The notes under the pieces were generated by a model that saw only the letters and a list, made by a program, of their open reading frames with translations, searched no databases and had not been told where the DNA came from. A program made the position numbers and the translations under genes. Positions 20,198 through 28,650 of a stretch of 64,000 nucleotides of DNA are shown here, piece by piece (the first letter of the stretch is position 1; every line of letters begins with the position of its first letter). The stretch comes from a virus. Location: IMG/VR virus record IMGVR_UViG_3300000234_000002, positions 19,958 through 83,957 of that record; one strand, written 5' to 3'.

Positions 20198-20725
20198 TTA
20201 ATATTTGGAATTCTCATATTCACGGAAAGATTCAGCTAAATCAGAAACTCCTGATTCTTCTAAGCCTTCAATAATATCATTTGAATGAAATGCTCCATGG
20301 GAGCAAAACCAAATAATAGTGTCTTCTTTTTGTAAAAACTCTTTCATAGAAGAATATTTTTTGAACGACTTCTGATCAAATCCTTCGACTTCATCCCAAG
20401 TTTTTGATCCAGATCCCAGGACGTCAACAGGACTACTGGATTTTAAACTTTTCGGGTCTGAATTAATAGCAACAAAAACTGAGTCAGTAAAAGCTGCCCA
20501 AATACTACCGCTAACCTTTAAACCTTCTTTCATTTCATAAACAAGGTCCATAGCAGAATAATCGCCGTTATTTATATCGATAGATACAACTGAGGGAACT
20601 TCAGATGAGATCTTTTTAACAAGACCCTTTATGGCTGAAGCGACCTTCGTCTTATCAGGCGTCTTCGACGCCTCGATAGCGGCAGCAATTTTACGGAGTT
20701 CAGTGGCAACTTGCGAGGGCCTCAT
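20198..20725 (-). CDS. Leader-cassette protein 4: 40-aa leader + acidic variable domain
   Basis: ATG at 20725 preceded by TATAAT-N4; leader ends KKIS. Confidence 0.8.
   Translation of the reverse strand: MRPSQVATELRKIAAAIEASKTPDKTKVASAIKGLVKKISSEVPSVVSIDINNGDYSAMDLVYEMKEGLKVSGSIWAAFTDSVFVAINSDPKSLKSSSPVDVLGSGSKTWDEVEGFDQKSFKKYSSMKEFLQKEDTIIWFCSHGAFHSNDIIEGLEESGVSDLAESFREYENSKY
20606..20725 (-). repeat. 120-bp dispersed leader module, copy 4
   Basis: Direct sequence comparison. Confidence 0.95.
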
Positions 20726-20763
20726 GAAAATTATAGAAAATAAAAAAATAAAAAACTCAAGAT

Positions 20764-21306
20764 TCAAATTTTTGGTTTTTTACCTCTCAAATTTTTGAGA
20801 GCGTTTATAGATTCGTGGTTTCCTTCAACCTTCTTCTCTTCGGCATTAAAATTGACTTCACTATTTTCCGGGGTAATTTGGCTGGGTATGAATATTGGCA
20901 TACTATTATCGACAGCTTGTTCTGGTCGGGATGACTGGCTTGGCTGGAAATTACCAGAAGCGTTTTGCATAGTCTTCTCTAAAGACGATATCATGGATTC
21001 AAGTCTGTTCATAAGAGCGTCTACTTTAGACTCTTTAACATTATCAGGTTCATTTTTAATTACCATATTATTGATGATCTGAGGCGGCGGCGGTTGAGTA
21101 ACTTCTTCTTTGCGAAGAACTTGAGAGTGGACAACCTTTGTGGTATTGATAGGATGAACTGATATATAATGGGAAAGTCTACGAACATCTTGAGAAGATG
21201 AATATTGATGATCTGATATTATAGATTCACCTCCACCAGTTAAAGTTACTCCGATGTCTTCTATTGCCAAAGAAGTGTTCAAACGATTTTTTATTTTAAA
21301 CATCAC
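20764..21306 (-). CDS. Hypothetical protein
   Basis: 180-aa ORF coupled to neighbours by overlapping start/stop. Confidence 0.7.
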   Translation of the reverse strand: MMFKIKNRLNTSLAIEDIGVTLTGGGESIISDHQYSSSQDVRRLSHYISVHPINTTKVVHSQVLRKEEVTQPPPPQIINNMVIKNEPDNVKESKVDALMNRLESMISSLEKTMQNASGNFQPSQSSRPEQAVDNSMPIFIPSQITPENSEVNFNAEEKKVEGNHESINALKNLRGKKPKI

Positions 21307-21968
21307 AAACTCTTTTCTATCAGATCTCTTATGGCTGATGAAAACTCATTCGCCACTAAATCCGATACTCTATTCGCAAATCTTCCTATTATACCTTCAA
21401 GTTGTTTAGACTTGTAAATGAATTCTTTATTTTCAGCCTCATACTCCTCTTTGCGGGCTGCCATATAAGAGTTAGATTTAATTATTAACTTGCCTTGCCT
21501 AGTAAGAAGCATAGACTTAGGGGTCGCACTAATTTTTCTTTTAAAGTCACGGTGAGATGAAGTCTCTCTGGCGTCAAGAACCCTTCGGCGCCCATCATTC
21601 AATCCATCGCCGTAACGCTTTCTAGCGTCAACGGCACCGTAACCTCTTCTCAGAACTCTCTGAACTCCGCCTAAAGGCTTTTTTCTGAAAGTTTTGTCGG
21701 GTTTCGGCTCTTCCTCTTCGTCAGATTCTTCTACTTTTATATCAGAGTTTTCTAAATCTATGCCCTCGATGTCAAATACTATCTCGAATTCTATTACATT
21801 ATTCGTTATATTAGCTAAAACTTCATAATGTTTTAAATGTTCAAATTTGGTAATACCTTCGGACACCAATAATTTATCAAGCAAATCAATGCCATCCTTA
21901 GCTATTTCTTCAACTATTGAAGAAATAATCTGTTTTGAAATTTGGAGGAGTGATTTCTCGATGCTCAT
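21303..21968 (-). CDS. Hypothetical protein (morphogenesis cluster)
   Basis: 221-aa ORF, ATGA overlap with upstream gene. Confidence 0.65.
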   Translation of the reverse strand: MSIEKSLLQISKQIISSIVEEIAKDGIDLLDKLLVSEGITKFEHLKHYEVLANITNNVIEFEIVFDIEGIDLENSDIKVEESDEEEEPKPDKTFRKKPLGGVQRVLRRGYGAVDARKRYGDGLNDGRRRVLDARETSSHRDFKRKISATPKSMLLTRQGKLIIKSNSYMAARKEEYEAENKEFIYKSKQLEGIIGRFANRVSDLVANEFSSAIRDLIEKSL

Positions 21969-23284
21969 CTACGGTAAGTATTTTCAAAAGTTACAGTGTT
22001 ACCACGAAATTCACGTTCATCAGGGATAGCGGATCTTTCCGAAACCATAGGGTTCGAAGAACCTTCACCCGGAATAGTGAATCTTGTTTGAGGAGAATAA
22101 AGACGGGAAGTATTTATAATAGGAACTTTACTTCTTATATCTTGTTCATCAATGTGTGATATTATAAAAAACTGCTGAAGTTGCATGCCTCTAGCAGTTG
22201 GCATTTTAACCGAACCTATCGAATATCTGTCACCATTCAATTTTAAAATGAAATCCCTTTGAGACAATAGAGGTGAAGGACTAGTCCAAGTATCTTGTTC
22301 GTGTGATAACGTCTGTCCCCTATTTGTTAATTTATGAGCTTTATTTGAGTCATCGGGAGCTATTATTATATCGTAAGGACCGTCGTAACCACCTATGAAT
22401 CCGGTGGCGTAGCAAAGTAAACAATCAGATTGCGGCTGTCTATGCGTAGAAGAATAACAACCACATCTAATTCCAAAATTCTTTCGAATATAAACTTTTA
22501 CCCTTTCCCCACCTTGGTAGAGAAGGAATTTATTCCTTCTTACAGCTTCTCTCCATATCCAGTCAAGCTGTTCAGTTTCGTAATTATTGGATATAGCTGA
22601 TTTACTGAGTGAAGTTTCAACTTCATTACCACTAGAATCAACACAAACTGAAGTTAGTCTATAATACACTCTCTGCCCCATGTTAGTTTTCACAATATTA
22701 TTTTTATAACGATAAGTTGCTAAAACAACACTATTTTCATTCGGGACTACTGGAGGAATAGGTTTTTGGGAAACAGGATCAAAAGAACCATAATTTCTTA
22801 TTTGAACTTGACCAGAAGTTGAGTCTATGGAATCTATGGAAGCCACAACACCATCAATTGTGACGTAAACATTAAGGCTAGCGCAGTCTGCTTCACCAAG
22901 CCAAGGCTGGATGACGATCGGTTTGTATCTAGTTTGAAAAACCCATTGGGCATCAGGGTCAGTAGTTCCCTTATATACAAATGAGTTCGATACATCTTCT
23001 TCCAAAGAAAGAGCGGTAATAGTTTCGTCTCTCCAAAAGTTACTGCAAACCGGAATTAAATTTAATTTTTGAAAATCACCATAAGGAGAATCGAAAGCCC
23101 TATAAATATTAACGCCTATTATTTGGAACCTGGAATTTTGAAATAAACTTGACGGGTCATCCCATCTTAAATCAATAATTCCAGGTTCAAGACCAGACTG
23201 ACAAGAAAAATTCAAAGGAGGTAAAGGAGAGGCCGAATAGTCCTGTTCCAGTATATGGGGAGGTCTATCAGCAGGAGCTGGCAT
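21965..23284 (-). CDS. Putative neck/head-closure protein with FN3-like N-terminus
   Basis: PPLNF..IDLRW..GVNIYRA FN3-like start; CGC...CLLCYATGFIGGY metal motif. Confidence 0.5.
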   Translation of the reverse strand: MPAPADRPPHILEQDYSASPLPPLNFSCQSGLEPGIIDLRWDDPSSLFQNSRFQIIGVNIYRAFDSPYGDFQKLNLIPVCSNFWRDETITALSLEEDVSNSFVYKGTTDPDAQWVFQTRYKPIVIQPWLGEADCASLNVYVTIDGVVASIDSIDSTSGQVQIRNYGSFDPVSQKPIPPVVPNENSVVLATYRYKNNIVKTNMGQRVYYRLTSVCVDSSGNEVETSLSKSAISNNYETEQLDWIWREAVRRNKFLLYQGGERVKVYIRKNFGIRCGCYSSTHRQPQSDCLLCYATGFIGGYDGPYDIIIAPDDSNKAHKLTNRGQTLSHEQDTWTSPSPLLSQRDFILKLNGDRYSIGSVKMPTARGMQLQQFFIISHIDEQDIRSKVPIINTSRLYSPQTRFTIPGEGSSNPMVSERSAIPDEREFRGNTVTFENTYRR

Positions 23285-23317
23285 AATAAAAAGATTTAAT
23301 CAAGAATTGAAACAAAT

Positions 23318-23599
23318 TTAGTCTTCTTCGACTAAGACGTGAAGTGAATATCCACCGTTTTCACCAGGTTCAACCGATAGTCTTTGTATTTTAGATTTAT
23401 CGAGGTCCTCATCGGACAAAACCTTCTGGACAGTTTGAACCTTAGCCTGATTAATGGTTTTTATTCTTGCGTCGAGTTCGTCGAGTTCATGCTTACGACG
23501 AACATACTCAACGGACCAATGCGTCAAAGATGCATCATACTCGGATATGCGGGTGAGGGTCTCGCCGGAAAGAGGAAATTTTTTAGTAACCATAGCCAT
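23318..23599 (-). CDS. Hypothetical protein
   Basis: 93-aa ORF. Confidence 0.6.
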   Translation of the reverse strand: MAMVTKKFPLSGETLTRISEYDASLTHWSVEYVRRKHELDELDARIKTINQAKVQTVQKVLSDEDLDKSKIQRLSVEPGENGGYSLHVLVEED

Positions 23600-23858
23600 A
23601 AGGAATAATACCAGGCTTAAATGTGATTTTTAACTCTAAATTATCCGCCGAAGCATAATGTCTATCAAGTCCGTATTCGTTTTTCGTTATATTAAGAGCT
23701 GACTCTACGGCAGCTTCTATTTCAAATTTAAGTTTTTCTTGGAGAGCATTCTTATCAACATCGCCCGAAAAATGAACTTCGAAAGATAGACTACCTTTTA
23801 TAAAATATTGGTTGTCGTCTTCACTGGCGATCTTAGTGGCAATTTTACCAAAATTCAT
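23583..23858 (-). CDS. Hypothetical protein with KIA-type N-terminus
   Basis: MNFGKIATKIASEDDN... Confidence 0.65.
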   Translation of the reverse strand: MNFGKIATKIASEDDNQYFIKGSLSFEVHFSGDVDKNALQEKLKFEIEAAVESALNITKNEYGLDRHYASADNLELKITFKPGIIPYGYGY

Positions 23859-24033
23859 AAAACATAATGAAAATTAAAAGAATAATACATGAAAATTAGT
23901 TATTAACTGTTAATTTAATCAACGCAGACTCTCGTCGAACACTATGACTAATGCCACATTGTCTCGTACAAGTCTTCATCATTTCACGTATAATAATGAT
24001 GCTTTTTATAAAATATTGGTTGTCGTCTTCACT
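23796..24033. repeat. Exact 30-bp direct repeat (23796-23825 and 24004-24033)
   Basis: TTTTATAAAATATTGGTTGTCGTCTTCACT twice; on the minus strand it encodes SEDDNQYFIK. Confidence 0.9.
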
Positions 24034-24376
24034 AGCTTTTGCTTGCAATTTTAACTTCATACTGAAATTCATTGCTACCATCCCAATACATCAGAATATC
24101 TCTTAATAGATCCTCATCACCAACAACATTCTCTAAAACACCATTTTGTAATTCATCAGTTGAAAAAATTGCAGAGTGTGATTCACCACCACACTTTGCA
24201 GTTATGAAATCAACATCACCTTCTTCAATTTTCACATCATAAATTTTTGTCTTTGTAGCGATCTTTTTTACAAGACCCTTTATGGCTGAGGCGACCCTCG
24301 CCTTATCAGGCGTCTTCGACGCCTCGATAGCGGCAGCAATTTTTCTTAGCTCAGTGGCAACTTGCGAGGGCTTCAT
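24032..24376 (-). CDS. Leader-cassette protein 5: 40-aa leader + acidic 74-aa domain
   Basis: ORF begins exactly at the leader ATG; TACAGT-N4-ATG upstream. Confidence 0.8.
   Translation of the reverse strand: MKPSQVATELRKIAAAIEASKTPDKARVASAIKGLVKKIATKTKIYDVKIEEGDVDFITAKCGGESHSAIFSTDELQNGVLENVVGDEDLLRDILMYWDGSNEFQYEVKIASKS
24257..24376 (-). repeat. 120-bp dispersed leader module, copy 5
   Basis: Direct sequence comparison. Confidence 0.95.
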
Positions 24377-24399
24377 GTTAACTGTAAAGAATAAAAAAG

Positions 24400-26190
24400 T
24401 TACAAATCAAAGAAATACCTATGTTTAGGCGGAGTATGTACTTTCTTATAACCGAGTTTTGAAGCACACTCAGCTTCCTTCATGTTGTTTTTCTTTGCGT
24501 ACCCATATAAAGTTTTCTTATTTATTTCTTGACCCGAATCATTTTCATAAAAATAACTTCTAGTTGTTTTACCATCAAATGTCCAATTTGAAGCTTGATA
24601 TATGGTTCCTGAATGACCAAATCTCGGATCAGCAAATGACACCAATTTTTTGACTTCGGGATAATCGGATTTGAAAAGCTTAATGACTTTAGACATTGCA
24701 TATGATGCGAAGTTTTTCTTGTGATATGAGGGATGAATGCAGAATCTGTCGAGTTCCATAACTTGGTCATTATTGAGTTTAAACCTAGGGGCGATACCCT
24801 GGCGAACTGGAGGAGCAAATTTAGCGACCCCGACAATCTCCCCATTAAGTTTAAATAAATAAACATGGCTAGAATTTCTACCAAAACCCCCATAATGAAA
24901 TTTATTAAGAAAATCCCGGATACCGTCTTCGTGTTCAAGAATTTTGAATTTGACGGAATCGAACTCGAAGTCTTTGAGTTCATGTGATTCTCTATCTGGA
25001 TTACGATAGGTGGGGGTTAAGATGGATTGATTTGTAGTCTTGTGAATACAAGTTCCACCGTTTTCATGTTTACTATAATTGCAGTTGAAACATAATATTT
25101 GATATTCTTCTTTGTTAAGCAACCCCCTTGATAATTTGGATAATATATCAACGCCTGATCCATCGCCTTCTTCTCTTTTCAAACTCCCATCATTATTGAT
25201 ATGGTCGATGCAAAGATGAGTTAAATCGTCATCGCCGCAACAAGCACATTTACCACCAAAAGACTTTAAAATACTGTTTATCCTATCACGTTTCACAGAC
25301 ATGACACAAACAAGGCACCTATTTTTCTCATGGGATGTTTGGGAGTTAAAAAAAGATAAATCTTTTTCCTCCCCACAAAGATTGCAAGTTTTACTTATTC
25401 CGAATGTTGGTTTATTAGATAGATGGTGTACAGGGTTTACTCTATATTTACTAGAATTGCAATTGTGACACATCGTTTGGAAATCATGATGATCGAGTTC
25501 ACCGAGAAGAATTTTCCTTTTCCAACCTATGGAACCATGAACTCTATGTAAATGACCATCATTATTTTTATGATCTGTAGTTAAGAACCTTGGTTCAGAT
25601 TCACCACAAATAACGCAAACGTGACCTATAAGTTCAAATAAAGACTGTTTAACCAGTTCTCTATCGAGTTTTGACTTTTCAGACACATGTGATGAATTCT
25701 TTAACCTCCATTCCTTTTGTCGTTTAGTGATAGTTTCTTTATTCTTCTGTTGATATTCAACTTTCCGTTTAATTATTCTTTCTCTATTTTCAGCATAATA
25801 CGCATGCTTTTTTTCTATGATCGATTCTTTATTATTCAGATAATAATTCCGGCTACTCTCTTGTCGAGCTTCAATATTTAATCCAGTGACTTCTTTATTT
25901 CTTTGCCTCCTACAAATTTTGCACTTTGCATCATGACCGTTAGCTTTTGCGGAATTTTTAAAAAATTCAGAAAGTGGCTTTTCGATATCACATGATTTAC
26001 ATGTTTGCGTAGTTAATTCGTCAACTACTTTTTCTTCGAGTTTCCTTTTATTTAGTTCAAGATAATTATCATTTATTGCTTTTCTGCACGATTTGCACTT
26101 AACATCGAGACCATTACGATTAGTTCGAATCTTAAAAAATTCTGAAAAACTTTTTTCGGCCCCACAATTTTTACAAACCTGAGTGTCCAT
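24400..26190 (-). CDS. Zn-finger + tandem HNH endonuclease + Mom-like GNAT fusion
   Basis: CxxC...F...CxxC repeats; two CxxCG..DH.NNDG..CxNCN domains; FLNKFHY..ELDRFCIHP..SFADPRFGHSGTIYQASNW. Confidence 0.78.
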   Translation of the reverse strand: MDTQVCKNCGAEKSFSEFFKIRTNRNGLDVKCKSCRKAINDNYLELNKRKLEEKVVDELTTQTCKSCDIEKPLSEFFKNSAKANGHDAKCKICRRQRNKEVTGLNIEARQESSRNYYLNNKESIIEKKHAYYAENRERIIKRKVEYQQKNKETITKRQKEWRLKNSSHVSEKSKLDRELVKQSLFELIGHVCVICGESEPRFLTTDHKNNDGHLHRVHGSIGWKRKILLGELDHHDFQTMCHNCNSSKYRVNPVHHLSNKPTFGISKTCNLCGEEKDLSFFNSQTSHEKNRCLVCVMSVKRDRINSILKSFGGKCACCGDDDLTHLCIDHINNDGSLKREEGDGSGVDILSKLSRGLLNKEEYQILCFNCNYSKHENGGTCIHKTTNQSILTPTYRNPDRESHELKDFEFDSVKFKILEHEDGIRDFLNKFHYGGFGRNSSHVYLFKLNGEIVGVAKFAPPVRQGIAPRFKLNNDQVMELDRFCIHPSYHKKNFASYAMSKVIKLFKSDYPEVKKLVSFADPRFGHSGTIYQASNWTFDGKTTRSYFYENDSGQEINKKTLYGYAKKNNMKEAECASKLGYKKVHTPPKHRYFFDL

Positions 26191-26211
26191 AGTTAACTAT
26201 ACATTAAAAAT

Positions 26212-26268
26212 TAACTGGGATAACTGGGATAACTGGGATAACTGTGTTAAAATTGGGATAAACTGGAT
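26212..26268. repeat. Intergenic 9-bp tandem repeat (TAACTGGGA)x3 plus degenerate copies
   Basis: 26212-26238 perfect x3, then TAACTG, AATTGGGAT, AACTGGAT. Confidence 0.85.
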
Positions 26269-26278
26269 GATGGAAGAA

Positions 26279-27184
26279 TCAAAGTCCAACGAATTTACGT
26301 GGAGTAAGAGTACCTCTACCAACGTTAGGACCAAACGAAGAGCGTATCCCCATGCCGTATCTTGACTGTTTAAGACCGCGCATAAACTTTACAGTTTCTT
26401 TAGCAGGAATAATCATTTCCTGGAACCGAGAATTAGCATCGTTCATAAGACCTTGGAATTTTGAACTCTTCTCTAAATCGAGTGATATGCCGCCAATAGT
26501 GTAATTAAATTCGTCTTGGATCCAATTCACCGTAAGAGCCTGAAGAGCGTAAACCATTGCACCTGTTAGAAGTAAGGATCTCCATGGTCTATACTGTGTT
26601 ATTAATTGATCCAGATTCTGAAAAGAAGTCATGGGTGGGTATATATTGATTGAATCGTTAGATACGTTCAAATATTCAAGAAGTTCACATTCTTCCCAAA
26701 CGTATCCGAAAACTCGTGTGAATTGATTGACTGACTCCTCACCAGAAGGGGGCATGAAATGGTAGTTGCGGGCCGGGTTATTATCTCTGAGAAGTATTCT
26801 GAGACTTCTTATTAGATCAAGTTCAATATTTGTAGCCCCGGCAAGGGATATAACTTGAGTTGGATCTGACACAATGGAAAATTCTTGGAGGACTTGAACT
26901 TCTCTGGCGCCGACATACTCTCTGAAGTGCCATCTTATTCTATAATTACCGATGTTGGCATCCATCGGTATGAGGAAAGAAGCATAATATTCACCGACGC
27001 TCGGGTTTACGGGTTTTCTTTTTGCTGGAGGAAGTAATATCTCAACTCCGGTCGTGTAATCATAGATGTCATATGATATTTCAGCGGCATTCTTCGGAGT
27101 TTGGTCTTTCGATTTCAAAAATAATGAAAGACCATCCGAGCGAGAAAGTTCCATACCACGCTTGAAGGCAGTCATATAAAACAA
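26279..27184 (-). CDS. Putative head-tail adaptor/neck protein
   Basis: Ig-like N-terminus then helical domain (LRILLRD...FNYTIGGISLD); call is mainly contextual. Confidence 0.5.
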   Translation of the reverse strand: MFYMTAFKRGMELSRSDGLSLFLKSKDQTPKNAAEISYDIYDYTTGVEILLPPAKRKPVNPSVGEYYASFLIPMDANIGNYRIRWHFREYVGAREVQVLQEFSIVSDPTQVISLAGATNIELDLIRSLRILLRDNNPARNYHFMPPSGEESVNQFTRVFGYVWEECELLEYLNVSNDSINIYPPMTSFQNLDQLITQYRPWRSLLLTGAMVYALQALTVNWIQDEFNYTIGGISLDLEKSSKFQGLMNDANSRFQEMIIPAKETVKFMRGLKQSRYGMGIRSSFGPNVGRGTLTPRKFVGL

Positions 27185-27222
27185 AGTTTAACTAAACTCT
27201 TATTGTAAATTCAGTTTGACCA

Positions 27223-28632
27223 ATGTCTTATAAAGTGTGTAGTATATGTAAAAAAGAACTTGAAATTACAGAATTTCATAAAGATAAGTCAAGAAAAGGT
27301 GGGTTAAGAAAAGATTGTAAAGAATGTACTAAATCTAGAAATAATCTACGTTATCAAAAGAAAAAAGAAATTGTAAAAAGTAAAATTAAAGAATATTATG
27401 ATGAAGGTGGAGGAAAGGAAAAAGAAAAAGAAAGAAATTCAATTCTTCAAGAAAAATTATTTTCCATTATGGGTAATTGTTGTAAAATATGCGGAACTGA
27501 GGAACATCTAGTAATAGATCATATTGATGGTGGTGGAAATTTAGATAGAAAGAAAACATCAAAATGGGGGTTGATAAGAAAAATACTAAGTTCAAAAGTT
27601 GATATCAAAAAGTATAGGTTACTTTGTTCAAATTGCAACATTAAAAGTCATTTTATAAATAATGTAGTTAAAATAGAGACAAAAGAAAAAACAGGGATAT
27701 TAAAAGAATGTAAAACCTGTCTTGAAAATAAAGACACATCTTTATTTCATTCACACAAAAAATATGAAGATGGTCTTTATTATGAGTGCAAAACTTGCGA
27801 TAGAAATAGGGGTCAAAATATTAAAAAGAAAGTAATGGACTTTATTGGGAATGGAATTTGTGCAAAATGTGGTGAGTCTGATATTGATAAATTATCAATA
27901 GATCATGTAACACCTGTCGGAAAAAAGAGAGAAGCTCATGGTAGTATTTTATATAGAAGATTGTTAAGGAAAAAAGAAAAGTTAGAAAATCTTCAAGTTT
28001 TATGCTTCAATTGCAACCTAGAGAAAAGTGATAAAAAACCAGTTGAATTCATCGAGTTTGAATTCATCGAATGCCAATTTAGGTACATCGATAAAGAAAG
28101 TTCAAGTTCATTTCTCGATAATTATCATTACGATGGATATGGTAGACATCAAAAATTTTCTATAGGTGTTTTCTTTGAAGATGAACTTATCTGTGTAGCA
28201 AAATTTTGTCCAGTAGTAAGACAAAACGTATCAAGTAAAACTGGTTTTACAGATTCTGAAGTTTTGGAACTTGATAGATTCTGTATCCATCCAAAAAGAC
28301 ATAAATATAATTTTGGTTCGTTTTCGATGTCAAAAATAATGAAAATGATTAAAAATGATTTCAAAGATATTGGGTGTTTAGTATCCTTTTCTGATAAAGA
28401 ACAAGGACATAATGGGTCGCTATACAGGTCATCGAACTGGAAATTTATTGGTGAAACGGAAAAAAGTTATTTTTATGAAAAAGATGGAGAAATCATAAAA
28501 AAGAAAGTTTTTTATGATAGAGCGAAGTCTAGTGGACTTATGGATAATAAAACTGAAAGAGAAGTTGCTATTGAAAATGGGTATAACATCATAAAAACTG
28601 ACAAAAAGTTAAAATTCATGTACAAACTCTAA
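27223..28632 (+). CDS. Zn-finger + tandem HNH endonuclease + Mom-like GNAT fusion (paralog of 24400..26190)
   Basis: CKICG..IDHIDGGG..LCSNCN; CAKCG..IDHV..LCFNCN; FLDNYHY..ELDRFCIHP..SFSD..GHNGSLYRSSNW; very AT-rich and opposite strand to neighbours. Confidence 0.78.
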   Translation: MSYKVCSICKKELEITEFHKDKSRKGGLRKDCKECTKSRNNLRYQKKKEIVKSKIKEYYDEGGGKEKEKERNSILQEKLFSIMGNCCKICGTEEHLVIDHIDGGGNLDRKKTSKWGLIRKILSSKVDIKKYRLLCSNCNIKSHFINNVVKIETKEKTGILKECKTCLENKDTSLFHSHKKYEDGLYYECKTCDRNRGQNIKKKVMDFIGNGICAKCGESDIDKLSIDHVTPVGKKREAHGSILYRRLLRKKEKLENLQVLCFNCNLEKSDKKPVEFIEFEFIECQFRYIDKESSSSFLDNYHYDGYGRHQKFSIGVFFEDELICVAKFCPVVRQNVSSKTGFTDSEVLELDRFCIHPKRHKYNFGSFSMSKIMKMIKNDFKDIGCLVSFSDKEQGHNGSLYRSSNWKFIGETEKSYFYEKDGEIIKKKVFYDRAKSSGLMDNKTEREVAIENGYNIIKTDKKLKFMYKL

Positions 28633-28650
28633 ATCAAAAGGAAATATTTC

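Noticed and set aside
23896-24081. 61-aa ORF overlapping cassette 5
   Set aside because: It is the out-of-frame read of the 30-bp duplication plus degenerate sequence; treated as a scar
889-24376. 120-bp repeats as an IS/MITE, CRISPR array or DGR template/variable repeat
   Set aside because: No terminal inverted repeats or transposase, no regular spacing, no reverse transcriptase in the window, and differences look mostly synonymous rather than adenine-specific; boundaries match codons of a protein leader
26183-26365. ORF with NWD repeats
   Set aside because: Translation of the 9-bp intergenic repeat, antisense to both neighbours
11501-27184. Extracellular contractile injection system or prophage in a bacterial chromosome
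   Set aside because: No host housekeeping genes or integrase in 64 kb; gene content fits a large phage, although capsid, terminase and tube genes were not identified in this window
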